This document shows positions 45,063 through 54,644 of a stretch of DNA of 58,397 nt, one piece after another. Source of the DNA: a virus (taxonomy: Duplodnaviria; Caudoviricetes); IMG/VR virus record IMGVR_UViG_3300037153_000467, positions 1-58,397 of that record; one strand, written 5' to 3'. The notes beneath the pieces were generated by a model. The model worked only from the letters and a program-made list of their open reading frames with translations, ran no database searches and was not told the origin of the DNA. The position numbers and the translations under genes were made by a program. The stretch's first letter is position 1. Each line of letters begins with the position of its first letter.

Positions 45063-46424
45063 TCAGGGTGTGGTGTCCTGCGCCGCGCGGGCCTTCAGCT
45101 TCGCGAAGGTGGCGGCGCGGGCCGCCCGCCGATCTGGGAGATCCGACGGATCTCGCGTGCGCTCGGGCTCGGGCTTCGCTGCGGGCGTCGGTGCTGGACC
45201 TGGTGCACCACCTGGTGACGCGCTCGTTGCGGGGGCCGTGACCGCGGGCTTTGCGGCTGGCTTGGCGGGCTGCGCCGGGGTCGCCGGCGCGAGCAGTGAT
45301 TGGAGGTGGGCCAGGCGCTTCGCCTCGTCGGCGGCCCGGCTGCGGTAGTAGTCGTCGGCGAACTTCGTCGCCGTGGCGAGGTCCGGCTTCTGGCCGCGGA
45401 GCTTCATCTCCTTGAGGACCTCGTAGACGATCGCGGCCGGCTCGAGGCCGCCGGTGACCTCGCGATCGTGCAGGAACTTGTGCTGCGCGGCCGCGGGCGC
45501 GATCAGCTCGCCGAGCTTGGCGACGTACGCGCTCTCCTGCTGCGCGGCGGTCTGCTTAGCGCGCTCGGCGGCGGTCTTCTTCTCGGCCTCGGCCTCGCGT
45601 TCCTTGAGTGCGCGCTCGCGCTTGTCGACCTCGGAGGCATAGACCTTCACGACCCGGGTCGCGCGCCGGCTGTTCATGCCGTTGACGTGCTCGTCGGGGA
45701 CGCCGATCTTGAGGCCCTCGATCGAGAGGTCGGTGACGAGGTCGGCCACCGCGAGCTTGATGTCCTGCTCGTCCGTGATGCCGTAGACGTCCCGGAGCCA
45801 CGCGATCGTGGCGCGGCCGGGCGCCTCGATCATCGCGCGGCGGTCCGGTAGCAGCTTCTCGCGCTCGGCCAGCTCGGCCTCGCGAGCAGCGATCGCCTGC
45901 TCGCGCTCGGCCAGCTTCGGATCGAGCGCCGCCGGCGCCGCGGCGGGAGCATCGGCCGGAAGCGGAAGCTCGGGCAGCTCGGGCAGACCAGGCGGCGGGG
46001 TGACCGGGGCCTCTGCGGGCGCCGCTGCGGCGGGGGCCTGTGCCGGGGCGGCCGACTGGGCTGGCGCGGCCGCGGGCGTCGTTGCAGCGGGCGCTGGCGC
46101 GGCCTTCGCGGGGGCCTGCTTGTGCTCCATCGGCTCGAGGTCATCGCCGATCACGGCCCCCTCGGCACCCTTCACCGCGGCGCGGAACAGGGCCCGGGAC
46201 TTCGCGTTCCAGACCCGCGGCGCGCGGGGTCCGGCCTGGGGGCCGGTGGCGCCGTCGTCCTCGCCCGGAGGCTCGCCGATCTTGCCCTGCGCCTCGGCCT
46301 CTGCAGCCGCGGCAGCGCCCGCGGCGGCGACCTGACGCCCGACCGGGACGCTCTCGACGCCCGCGGCGGCGCTGTTGCTCTCGGGCTCGATCGCGGGCTC
46401 GTATCCATCGAGATCGTCGCTCAT
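45063..46424 (-). CDS. Scaffolding protein
   Basis: Ala/Pro-rich coiled coil between portal and MCP. Confidence 0.7.
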   Translation of the reverse strand: MSDDLDGYEPAIEPESNSAAAGVESVPVGRQVAAAGAAAAAEAEAQGKIGEPPGEDDGATGPQAGPRAPRVWNAKSRALFRAAVKGAEGAVIGDDLEPMEHKQAPAKAAPAPAATTPAAAPAQSAAPAQAPAAAAPAEAPVTPPPGLPELPELPLPADAPAAAPAALDPKLAEREQAIAAREAELAEREKLLPDRRAMIEAPGRATIAWLRDVYGITDEQDIKLAVADLVTDLSIEGLKIGVPDEHVNGMNSRRATRVVKVYASEVDKRERALKEREAEAEKKTAAERAKQTAAQQESAYVAKLGELIAPAAAQHKFLHDREVTGGLEPAAIVYEVLKEMKLRGQKPDLATATKFADDYYRSRAADEAKRLAHLQSLLAPATPAQPAKPAAKPAVTAPATSASPGGAPGPAPTPAAKPEPERTRDPSDLPDRRAARAATFAKLKARAAQDTTP

Positions 46425-48307
46425 GAGACTCCTGGTGGTAGCTGGGGTAGTGGCATGCCGGCCGCGAGCTGCGCCGTCGCGCCGCCCATCGGATCAGGGA
46501 ACCCGGCGGGTCCCGGCGGCCCCATCGGGCCAGGGGGACCCATTGGTCCGGGCCCGGGGACCATCGGGGGACCCGGCGGCAGGCCGGGTGGGCCGCCCGC
46601 GGGAAGGCCTGGGGAGCCAGCAGCGGGGCCCTGCGCCGGCGCGGGGGTCATCTGCTTCTCGAGCTCCTCGAGCATCTGGAGGAACCAGCGGTACCGTCCG
46701 AGGTACCGATCGTCGGCGGCCTCGGCAAACGCGTTGTCGTGCTCGCCCTTGATGATCTCCTTGGCGAGACCGGGCGGGGTCAGCATGTAGACCGTCGGCG
46801 CGCAGTCCTCGAGCGGCACGGAGAGGTCCCCCAGCATCTCGGCGAGGCGCTGCAGCGCGCGGATCGGGCCGAGGATATGGCGGTTCGCCGCCGCGATGTC
46901 GGGCTCGTCGAACAGGGTGCCGATCAGGAGCGGATTCGAGAGCAGGCCGGGGATCTTGATGAGGTCGCCGACGGTGTCGAGCTTGCCCGCACGCGCCTCG
47001 GGCAAGAAGTTGATCGGTTCGATGTTCAGGTGGTAGGCGCCGCTGTCGAAGTCGAACTTCTTCCAGTCGATCTCCTTGATCCACGGCGCGAGCGTGACCT
47101 TGTCGTCGCCCTTGGCCTCGCGATTCTCCTCGACGAGCTCCTTCGCCTCGTCGATCATCCCCATGCCGCAGTCGACGCGGCCCATGCTGTACTGCAGGTC
47201 GAGGTAGCTGAAGCGGTCGCTCTGGATGTCGTCCATCGTGTCGAGCGCCTTGCCACTCGCGTTGGGCCCCAGCGTGCTCTTGCTGGCCGCTGCGAGCTGC
47301 GAGATGCCGGCGATCTCGTACATCTCCTGGATGATCCAGTGCAGCGCCTCGATCGCCTGCCGGCTCGCCGGGTCCGGCGCGATGAACTTCGGATCGACGT
47401 CGTCGGTCTCGATGATGACGGGGTCTCGCGCGCGGAGGTGGTTCTTGTTGATGTTCGAGCCGCGGCGCGCGAACACCTTGAGCCCGGCGCCCCAGTGGAT
47501 CGCCAGCTGGATGTCGCTCCAGAGCTCATTGACCTTGTTCTGCGAGCCGGCGAGCTGCTGGATGAGGCCGATGCCGAGGAAGCCGCGCATCGCCGCGGTC
47601 CATGTCGTGCGCGCGATCGGCGCGCGGGGCCGGGTCCAGACGCGCTCCTTGAGCGGCGGTCCCTGGTCGCGGATCCCGGCGAGGAACTTGCCATCGTCGG
47701 CGCCGGGGAAGCTCGGCAGGCGCCACGCCTTGATCAGCTCGATCTGGTCCTTGTCGATCGGCGCGTCGTAGTCATACGGCGCCCAGACGTCGCGCGTCGC
47801 CGGCGCGCAGTCCATGATGCGCTCGCGGTCCGCGGGGAACTTCGCCGCGAGCACGTCGCGATCGACCAGCTGGACGCGCGCCAGGGTCCACGGCCACCCG
47901 TTGTGGCGCGCCTCGCCGTCGTCGAACACGAGCTCCGAGCGCGGGAACCGCTCAGGCACGACATCGCCGCCGATGCGGATGATCTCTGCGAAGCCGTCGC
48001 CGCGCACGACCGCGTCGCGCAGCTTAAGCGGCATCTGGCGCTCGATGTTCGGCGCGCCCATCTTGCGGCGGATGACCCGGCTCGATCGCCGCGCGTAGAG
48101 CTTCTCGCTGTATTCCGCGTCGTCGGCGCTGATGATGGGCATCGAGCGGTGCTTGCCGATGCGGGCGACGACGGTATCGACCATCGACTGGAGGATGTTG
48201 AGGTAGCTCGACGCCTTGCTCTGCGCGCGCAGGAAGTCCATCGCGGCGGTGCCGAGCCGGCGCCCGACGGGCCGGCCCTCGTAGATGGCCTCGTGGATGA
48301 GGTCCAT
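46421..48307 (-). CDS. Portal protein; true start may lie upstream at about 48487
   Basis: Size; YEIAGISQL...ASGKAL motif; Pro/Gly-rich tail; synteny. Confidence 0.85.
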   Translation of the reverse strand: MDLIHEAIYEGRPVGRRLGTAAMDFLRAQSKASSYLNILQSMVDTVVARIGKHRSMPIISADDAEYSEKLYARRSSRVIRRKMGAPNIERQMPLKLRDAVVRGDGFAEIIRIGGDVVPERFPRSELVFDDGEARHNGWPWTLARVQLVDRDVLAAKFPADRERIMDCAPATRDVWAPYDYDAPIDKDQIELIKAWRLPSFPGADDGKFLAGIRDQGPPLKERVWTRPRAPIARTTWTAAMRGFLGIGLIQQLAGSQNKVNELWSDIQLAIHWGAGLKVFARRGSNINKNHLRARDPVIIETDDVDPKFIAPDPASRQAIEALHWIIQEMYEIAGISQLAAASKSTLGPNASGKALDTMDDIQSDRFSYLDLQYSMGRVDCGMGMIDEAKELVEENREAKGDDKVTLAPWIKEIDWKKFDFDSGAYHLNIEPINFLPEARAGKLDTVGDLIKIPGLLSNPLLIGTLFDEPDIAAANRHILGPIRALQRLAEMLGDLSVPLEDCAPTVYMLTPPGLAKEIIKGEHDNAFAEAADDRYLGRYRWFLQMLEELEKQMTPAPAQGPAAGSPGLPAGGPPGLPPGPPMVPGPGPMGPPGPMGPPGPAGFPDPMGGATAQLAAGMPLPQLPPGVS

Positions 48308-48467
48308 CGCGTGGTAGCCGCGCAGGTACGCGCGCCGGACATCGCTCCAGCGCCAGAGAGCGTTCAGCGCAGGCTCGCCCTCGAGGCGCCACCAGCCGCG
48401 GCCATCGCCCGAGCCATCCTTCGGCCCGTCGTCGTACTGTCGGCCGACCCGCTGGTCGGCGACGTCC

Positions 48468-48644
48468 TTACGGCGTCGGCGTGCCGTCGGTGGAGCGCGG
48501 GTGCTGGTGCGCTGTCGATGGGAACATGAGCGCGGCGGTCGCGCGAATCGGTGCGTTCAGGTGCCACGCCTCACGGCGCAGCATCTCGTCGAGTGCGTGC
48601 TGCCGAGCGATGAGGCGGGCGAGACGAGGCTCGGCAGCGCTCAC
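48468..48644 (-). CDS. Small hypothetical protein
   Basis: GTGA coupling to the upstream gene. Confidence 0.45.
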   Translation of the reverse strand: MSAAEPRLARLIARQHALDEMLRREAWHLNAPIRATAALMFPSTAHQHPRSTDGTPTP

Positions 48645-49090
48645 CGGCCACCCTCGGCATGAAACACGACGGGCCCGTCGCTGCGGAACAGCCACGGCTC
48701 GATCTCGAGCCACACGGTCTCCTCGCCCTTCGCCATCGCGGCCTGCCCCTTCGAGAGGGTCTCGTGCGGCTCGATCAGGCGGAAGATCTTGTCGACCGGA
48801 GGCGACGCTCCTGGGTGCGCCTCTCGCCACTTCCGCAGCGCGCGGCAGACCGAGACGCCCTCGATGATCCACGGGCCGGGGGCGTCGAGCCACTCGGAGA
48901 CCCGGCGCGAGCCCTCGGACCACGCATCCTTGCCGAGGTGCTGGAGCTCGGGGATGAGGTCGTCGGTGTGGCGGACTGGCAGGATGTCGAGATCTCGCCG
49001 ACCGCATCCGACGAAGTGCCCGGCGTCAACGAGCGAGGTCGCCAGCGTCGTCTTGCCGGTGCGCGGCCCGCCGCAGATCACGATGCGCAT
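48641..49090 (-). CDS. Small P-loop NTPase/kinase
   Basis: GGPRTGKTT Walker A; HTDD and IIEG motifs. Confidence 0.85.
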   Translation of the reverse strand: MRIVICGGPRTGKTTLATSLVDAGHFVGCGRRDLDILPVRHTDDLIPELQHLGKDAWSEGSRRVSEWLDAPGPWIIEGVSVCRALRKWREAHPGASPPVDKIFRLIEPHETLSKGQAAMAKGEETVWLEIEPWLFRSDGPVVFHAEGGR

Positions 49091-49092
49091 CG

Positions 49093-49449
49093 TCAGCTCC
49101 AGATCAGCACGACGCCAGTGACGATGGCGCTCGCGTTGAGGATGAAGCTCGCCTGCGACGCAGCGAGCGAAATGGAGTCCGGGTCGGTCGCATGTAGGGT
49201 GACGCCAGTATCGCCGCCTGCGCCCTTGAGCTTGAGCACTGCCGTGCTGCCGGCGGGCTTGACGATCGTGACCGCGGTCGGCACCGTGCCGCCGGTCGGG
49301 ACAGTGATCGTGTTGTCGCCGATCGCGAGCGAGATGGGCGCCGCCGTCGCGGCCGGGCTCGATGTGTTCGCCGCCGCGCTGGCGCTTGGGTTGCCGACGC
49401 GATCGCCGGCGAAGCCGAGGGTGATGGTGCGCGTCGAGGTGGCGCTCAC
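49093..49449 (-). CDS. Putative virion protein, 118 aa
   Basis: Thr/Ala/Gly beta-rich ORF. Confidence 0.7.
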   Translation of the reverse strand: MSATSTRTITLGFAGDRVGNPSASAAANTSSPAATAAPISLAIGDNTITVPTGGTVPTAVTIVKPAGSTAVLKLKGAGGDTGVTLHATDPDSISLAASQASFILNASAIVTGVVLIWS

Positions 49450-49628
49450 TCGTGCACCCGCCGCGTCCCGCGCGGCTCTTCCCTGGCCGGGTCGACCACC
49501 AAGTACGATGGCACGTACTCGGCGCGGCCCTCATGGTCGATGCGGAGATAGCCGTGCCCGAAGTCGCGGATGTCGTCCGCGACCTTGCGGGCCGTCTCCT
49601 CGGGGATCGTTGCCAGCACGGCGCTCAC
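49446..49628 (-). CDS. Small hypothetical protein
   Basis: Coupled ORF. Confidence 0.6.
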   Translation of the reverse strand: MSAVLATIPEETARKVADDIRDFGHGYLRIDHEGRAEYVPSYLVVDPAREEPRGTRRVHE

Positions 49629-49909
49629 CCGTTCCGCCCGATCGCCGGCTGGAGGTCCACGCCGGGCAGCTTCTCGGCGATCGCGCGCTCGAGCATCTCG
49701 CCGCCGAACTGGCGGTAGATCGCCTGTCGCGGGTCCGGCGCCTCGTCGTCCTCGCGATCAGCGCCCCCGCGCGCGGCACGATGGAGCTTCACCGAGACCG
49801 TGCCGACCGTGAGCTCGGCGAGGTCAAAGCCACCGTCACGCAGCCGTTCGAGCACGCCGACGAGCTGCTCGGCGTCACCGGACAGCGCGATAGACGTCGT
49901 ACGGGTCAT
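49625..49909 (-). CDS. Hypothetical protein
   Basis: ORF downstream of the terminase. Confidence 0.65.
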   Translation of the reverse strand: MTRTTSIALSGDAEQLVGVLERLRDGGFDLAELTVGTVSVKLHRAARGGADREDDEAPDPRQAIYRQFGGEMLERAIAEKLPGVDLQPAIGRNG

Positions 49910-51749
49910 GGAGGTCAGCTTGCTCACAGTTCGCGGCCTCAAGTTCTCGCTCCTCACGTGTAACCCATTCAGGCGTCCCTGTCACGGCCTTCGGTTCCTC
50001 CGGCCGGTAGCGGTGGTGGAAGCTCTCACGGTGCCCATACAGGCTCGCGTCGAGAACATCGTGGGGCGTCGCGTCCTCGACCTCCTTGCCGTCCTCGGCG
50101 CGCAGGGGCTTCCACCGATGCAGCCGGCCCTCGACCAGCAGCGGGGAGTCGACTCTAAATCTCAGTAATCGTTTGCGAACGTCGTTGTTGTACTGGTTCT
50201 GCGCGATCCGCTTGTTCTGCTTGTGGGCCTCGATGATCGGCAGCCCGTACCGCGACGCCCACTCCTTCGACCACCCCATCACGGCCGGCTTGCCACCGCC
50301 GCCGGCGTCGGCGGTGATGAGGCTGATGCCGACCTGGCCGCGGACGGCTTTCAGGAAGTTGGCCATCTCGTCGTAGTCGAGCCCGGGCCGTTTCCAGCTG
50401 GCGAGCTCGTACGCGATCGGGTCGCGCAGGGACCACGCCCAGATGCAGAACGCGAACGCGGCGCGCGTGCCGAGGTCGGCGCCGAGCGCGAGGAAGTACG
50501 GCCGCTGCTCGTCGATCACGCCGGGCAGGTCCTGCATCGCGGCGCGCAGGTCGGGGAAGCCATCGACGTCGAGGCGCTGCGGCGCGTACACGATCTCGTG
50601 CTCGGGCACGGAGTGGAACGCGTAGACGTAGCGCGCCCCCTCCTTGACCCACCGGCCCTTGAGCTCGCGCAAGAGGTCGGGGTCATCATCGTCCCACGCA
50701 TTGTCCCGGATCGTCTGCCCGGCGCCGCGCTCCCACCGGACCTTGACCGCCGCGGCCTCGGCGTCGCCCTCGTCGTCGAACGGCCCCCAGCGGTGCGCAC
50801 CGGGCGCGACCTCGCCGGTCCATGAGTGCGTCGTGCGCTCTGCCCCGGGCGCGTCGTACAGGTTGTCCTCGACGAACCACTCCCCGGAGACCCACACGAG
50901 CCGGCCGAAGAACGGGTTGTCGGTGACGTCCATCTCGTGGACCTCCCACCCGGCCATGCGCTCCTCGATGTCCTCGCGAGTGACCTCGTAGAACATCCCG
51001 ACCAGGTCGCGGCCGGGGGTGCCGGTGAGCCAGCACTCACCGCCGAAGTCGTTCATGCCGGCGACGACGACGGCCTTGTAGAAGCGCTCGAGCCACGCGA
51101 AGTCCTGCGCCTCGTCGATCCAGTACACGTGCTTGGCGAGGCCGCGGAGCTTCATGATCGCGCCTTCGTCGTCGGCGCCGAACAGCTCGAGGAGCGACCC
51201 GTTCGAGAACTGGAGCGCCAGGTCGCCCTCGCGGACCTCGACGATCACCGAGCCGAGGTCGTATCGCGGAACGCCGGCGCCCTTGAGCCGCTCGCCGTAG
51301 CGCTCGATCACGTCGACGAAGCCTGACGCGGTGTCGTTGCGCCAAGCGCGCGCCTTGGCCTCGATGCGGGTGGTGGTCGCGTAGACGGCGCGGAACCGCG
51401 GGATCTCGAGCGCGCGCGCGATCAGCTCGCGACACCCGCCGGCGGTGGCGCCCGAGCGCCGGGTCTTCTTCGTGGCGCGCCGCTGCGCCTTCGAGCGCAG
51501 GAACCGCTCCTGCTTGCGGTGGTAGAAGCGCCGGAGCTGCCGGGTCAGCGCTCCGATGCGCTCGAGGCTGGTCTCTTGGGCGGCCTTCGCCTCGGCCTCG
51601 CGCCGGGCGGCCTCGACGCTCGCGGTGGTCTCGGCCCGCAGGCGTTGCTGCTCGGCGTCGGCGCGATCAGCGGCGATCCTGGCTTCTTGGTCGATCCGGC
51701 GCTGGCGTTCCTGGCGGAGCCGGTCCAGCAGCAGCGGGTCGACGGGCAC
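49875..51749 (-). CDS. terL: Terminase large subunit
   Basis: LRGL, WIDEAQ Walker B, LTGTPG, DNP, GADLG nuclease motif and D..DASLYG. Confidence 0.9.
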   Translation of the reverse strand: MPVDPLLLDRLRQERQRRIDQEARIAADRADAEQQRLRAETTASVEAARREAEAKAAQETSLERIGALTRQLRRFYHRKQERFLRSKAQRRATKKTRRSGATAGGCRELIARALEIPRFRAVYATTTRIEAKARAWRNDTASGFVDVIERYGERLKGAGVPRYDLGSVIVEVREGDLALQFSNGSLLELFGADDEGAIMKLRGLAKHVYWIDEAQDFAWLERFYKAVVVAGMNDFGGECWLTGTPGRDLVGMFYEVTREDIEERMAGWEVHEMDVTDNPFFGRLVWVSGEWFVEDNLYDAPGAERTTHSWTGEVAPGAHRWGPFDDEGDAEAAAVKVRWERGAGQTIRDNAWDDDDPDLLRELKGRWVKEGARYVYAFHSVPEHEIVYAPQRLDVDGFPDLRAAMQDLPGVIDEQRPYFLALGADLGTRAAFAFCIWAWSLRDPIAYELASWKRPGLDYDEMANFLKAVRGQVGISLITADAGGGGKPAVMGWSKEWASRYGLPIIEAHKQNKRIAQNQYNNDVRKRLLRFRVDSPLLVEGRLHRWKPLRAEDGKEVEDATPHDVLDASLYGHRESFHHRYRPEEPKAVTGTPEWVTREERELEAANCEQADLHDPYDVYRAVR

Positions 51750-51752
51750 GGC

Positions 51753-52007
51753 TCAGTTCTCCGCGAGTGCGTCCCCATCGACGTCGTGGACTTCGACCTT
51801 CATGCCCATCCGGTCGATCTTGAGCCTCGCGCTGTCACCGATCATGAACAGCTTGAATAGGCACCCGCTGCAGTCGGCGACCTGGATGCGCTCTACGGCG
51901 CCGAACCAGTCGCGCGCGAGGATGACCGCATCGGTGGACGGGATGTCGGCGGCGCGCAGGCCGCAGCACACCATCACGTTGGGCAGGAATTCGACGTGGA
52001 TGGGCAC
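51753..52007 (-). CDS. Small Cys-containing hypothetical protein
   Basis: ORF. Confidence 0.65.
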   Translation of the reverse strand: MPIHVEFLPNVMVCCGLRAADIPSTDAVILARDWFGAVERIQVADCSGCLFKLFMIGDSARLKIDRMGMKVEVHDVDGDALAEN

Positions 52008-52011
52008 GATG

Positions 52012-52212
52012 TCAGTACCCGCTGCGCGGCTTGCCGCCGGTGCTCGTGCGCATCGTCGGCGCTGACTTCGCTGCGCGGTGCAGCTCGCGCAGGTGGTCAG
52101 CGTGGTTGAACTCCTTCGCGACGGCCTGCGGGATCCCGACCTTCTTCGCGAAGCCGGGGTCGTGCGCGGCGGCGGCCATGGTGCGCTTCTGCTTCTCGCT
52201 GGTGCTGGGCAT
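52012..52212 (-). CDS. Small phage protein (MPSTSEKQKRTMAAAAH...VGIPQAVAKEF)
   Basis: AAGGAG RBS; motif typical of genes near phage packaging modules. Confidence 0.8.
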   Translation of the reverse strand: MPSTSEKQKRTMAAAAHDPGFAKKVGIPQAVAKEFNHADHLRELHRAAKSAPTMRTSTGGKPRSGY

Positions 52213-52213
52213 G

Positions 52214-52624
52214 TCAGGGCTCCTTGTCCGGGGTGATGCCGGCGCAGAACTGCTGGAACGCGTCGCGCAGCGCCTCGGACGTAGCCTTTACGACGCGCGT
52301 AGCCTCAGTCGCGGCGCGGGCGGCGGCGAGCAGGGCGCGGTAGCGACCCGCCTCAGGGCCGGATAGGACAATATCATCGGGCGACACCTCGGGCGCCCGG
52401 CGCCACGATCCATCGATGCTCCTGATCCATGTGCCAGGATCGAGTGGGGGCGCAGCGCCCCCGGCGGTCTCGAGCTCCTGCATCGCGACTTCGATGCCGG
52501 TCGGCGCCGCGCGGGCAGCCGTGATCTGCTCGGTCGCCTCTGCGGTGCGCCGGGTCGCTCGTTGCGCGCGCTCTGCGAGGTGCGCCGCGCCCCATGCACC
52601 GTACAGCGGATCACCGTCGCTCAC
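52214..52624 (-). CDS. Hypothetical protein, 136 aa
   Basis: Coupled ORF. Confidence 0.7.
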   Translation of the reverse strand: MSDGDPLYGAWGAAHLAERAQRATRRTAEATEQITAARAAPTGIEVAMQELETAGGAAPPLDPGTWIRSIDGSWRRAPEVSPDDIVLSGPEAGRYRALLAAARAATEATRVVKATSEALRDAFQQFCAGITPDKEP

Positions 52625-52821
52625 GATCCCTTGCCGCCCTTCCCGAACGTGGTCCCGGGCAGCACACCGGGGATCCCAGCACGCCCCTTCACCGGCTGCT
52701 CGGCGGCGCTGGCCTCGGCGGTCTCCTCGGGGTCGGTCTTCATCTCGGGGTCGCCGTTGCCGGGCATGACCTTGGCCGCGGCGATCTGCTCCCTGGCCTC
52801 GGGATGCCGCTTGGGGTTCAC
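52621..52821 (-). CDS. Small disordered protein, tandem paralog B
   Basis: PKRHPEAREQIAAAKVMPGN. Confidence 0.65.
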   Translation of the reverse strand: MNPKRHPEAREQIAAAKVMPGNGDPEMKTDPEETAEASAAEQPVKGRAGIPGVLPGTTFGKGGKGS

Positions 52822-53030
52822 GGGGTCCCCTTGCGCTGGCTGGTGCCGTACGCCGGCAGCTTGCTCGGCGCGCCCGGGTGAGCCTCGGCCGGCGCCTCGG
52901 CGTTGCGGCACTGCTCGGTGGGCTTCGCGCCGTTCGGCCCGCGGCCCGCGCCGGTGCCGGCCTGCCAGTTCGCGGGCATCTCGCGAGCGGTGGCGATCTG
53001 ATCTTCGCAGTCGGGTAGTCGCTTGGGCAT
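52818..53030 (-). CDS. Small disordered protein, tandem paralog A
   Basis: GGAGG RBS; PKRLPDCEDQIATAREMPAN. Confidence 0.7.
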   Translation of the reverse strand: MPKRLPDCEDQIATAREMPANWQAGTGAGRGPNGAKPTEQCRNAEAPAEAHPGAPSKLPAYGTSQRKGTP

Positions 53031-53068
53031 TGGATCCTCCGGTGTCGCAGTGTAGCGCGGCCGTGCGG

Positions 53069-54148
53069 TCAGTCGTCCAGATCTATCACGACGCTCGGGC
53101 GGCGCGCGGCGTCCGCCTTGGCGCTGGCCTCGACCTTGGCGCGGAGCTCGGCGCTCCAGTGGGTGGAGACCGCGGCGCGCTGGGCGGGCGATGGGCGGAC
53201 GTGCGATTTCCATGCGGTCGCTGGGTCCTCGGTCCGGCGCTGGCGATCGCGCTCGAGCAACACCCGCAGCGTGACGCCGTCGTACATGACGTCGAGCGGG
53301 TCGACGGGCTTCGCAGCGGCGATCATCTCGGCGAAGAGAGATGCGGGCTGCGACTTCGGGATCCATGCCTCGAGGCCCTCGAGCTTCGGCGCTGGCGGAT
53401 CATGCTGGCCGCCGCGGGCCTGCGCCCTCGGTCGCCGCACCAGGTACAGGTAGTCCATCTCGGCGATCGCGCCGATGTCGATGAACGGAGGACGATCGAA
53501 GTGCACCGTGGCGCCGGTCACGCCCATCACGCGGCACTCGCCGACACGGAACAGCCCAGACGGGCTTTGCTTCACGCGCACGATGTCGCCGGGGTTGAGC
53601 TCGGGTGCCCGGTCCAGCGTGATCCAGCGGTTGCCGGTATTATAGCCGACGATGCGACCGACCTGGACCATGTTGATCGTGCTGGCGGGGTCGGGCGCAT
53701 TGTCGACGGCGGCCGCCCTCTGACGTGGCGACCAATAGTAGTACGACGCGAGCACCACGTGCAGCACACCACCAATCTCCGCGCAGCGCACGGTTCCCTC
53801 GCCTCGCCCGAGGCGCCCGACGGCCGGCCCGGCCGACCACCAGCATCCGGTGCCGTGGCGTTTCACGATCGCGGCAACAAGCGCTTCCGCGCCGGCAAGG
53901 CTCTGGTCTGCCGGTGCGACCACGTAGAGGTGGCGGCGCTCCACCTGCTCCGGCTCGCCATGCGCGCTCTCGATGACGAGATGCCGCCCGCCCGCCTTGC
54001 CCATGTAGCTGAGCCCGAGCCTCTCGCCCTCGCAAACCGCGAAGCCGGCCAGTTCCTCGGCAGGCATGAAGTTCGCCGCCGAGCGGACCATCGAGTGGTC
54101 CAGCACCTCGATCGGCATCTTGCTGAACTCGTCGATGATGGTGATCAC
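53069..54148 (-). CDS. Mosaic protein containing a major-capsid-like internal segment
   Basis: Residues 163-272 align by eye with MCP residues 142-251. Confidence 0.7.
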   Translation of the reverse strand: MITIIDEFSKMPIEVLDHSMVRSAANFMPAEELAGFAVCEGERLGLSYMGKAGGRHLVIESAHGEPEQVERRHLYVVAPADQSLAGAEALVAAIVKRHGTGCWWSAGPAVGRLGRGEGTVRCAEIGGVLHVVLASYYYWSPRQRAAAVDNAPDPASTINMVQVGRIVGYNTGNRWITLDRAPELNPGDIVRVKQSPSGLFRVGECRVMGVTGATVHFDRPPFIDIGAIAEMDYLYLVRRPRAQARGGQHDPPAPKLEGLEAWIPKSQPASLFAEMIAAAKPVDPLDVMYDGVTLRVLLERDRQRRTEDPATAWKSHVRPSPAQRAAVSTHWSAELRAKVEASAKADAARRPSVVIDLDD

Positions 54149-54444
54149 TTCGCACCACCCTTCCCGCCGTTCTGCGCGGGCTTCTCGGCGGCGCGCCGCT
54201 GGATCTCGGCGAGGTTAGACGCCGGCACCTCGACGTCGATGTCGCCTTCCTTCCCGCCGAACCGGATCTCGAACACGACGCTGGTACGCTGCTCGCCGAG
54301 GTCGGGGTTCCCGGGCCGCGGGCGGATCGTGCCGCTGGCGAGGTAGCTCGAGCCCGGTCGCGCCTCGAACCACTCGCTGTGCGGTTGGTTCCCGAGCGTG
54401 ACCGGGGTGTGGAAGCGGACGGCGATGATGGGGCGTTCGATCAT
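54145..54444 (-). CDS. Hypothetical protein, 99 aa
   Basis: AGGAG RBS. Confidence 0.7.
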   Translation of the reverse strand: MIERPIIAVRFHTPVTLGNQPHSEWFEARPGSSYLASGTIRPRPGNPDLGEQRTSVVFEIRFGGKEGDIDVEVPASNLAEIQRRAAEKPAQNGGKGGAK

Positions 54445-54644
54445 GGGGTCTCCTGTGGTCCGAGAAGTGACGCGGCGAGAGCGGATCGCTTGGCGGTGAC
54501 GCGCTTCGCATCGGTGCCATAGGCGGCCCACTCGACCAGGCCATCCAGCGCGAAGTGATGCTCGCCGGCAGTCACATGGCCCGCATCGAGGCTGCATGGC
54601 ACGATGGCGCCCTTGCTGAACGCCTTCTGACGGCATCCGCTCAC
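54441..54644 (-). CDS. Small hypothetical protein
   Basis: Coupled ORF. Confidence 0.55.
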   Translation of the reverse strand: MSGCRQKAFSKGAIVPCSLDAGHVTAGEHHFALDGLVEWAAYGTDAKRVTAKRSALAASLLGPQETP

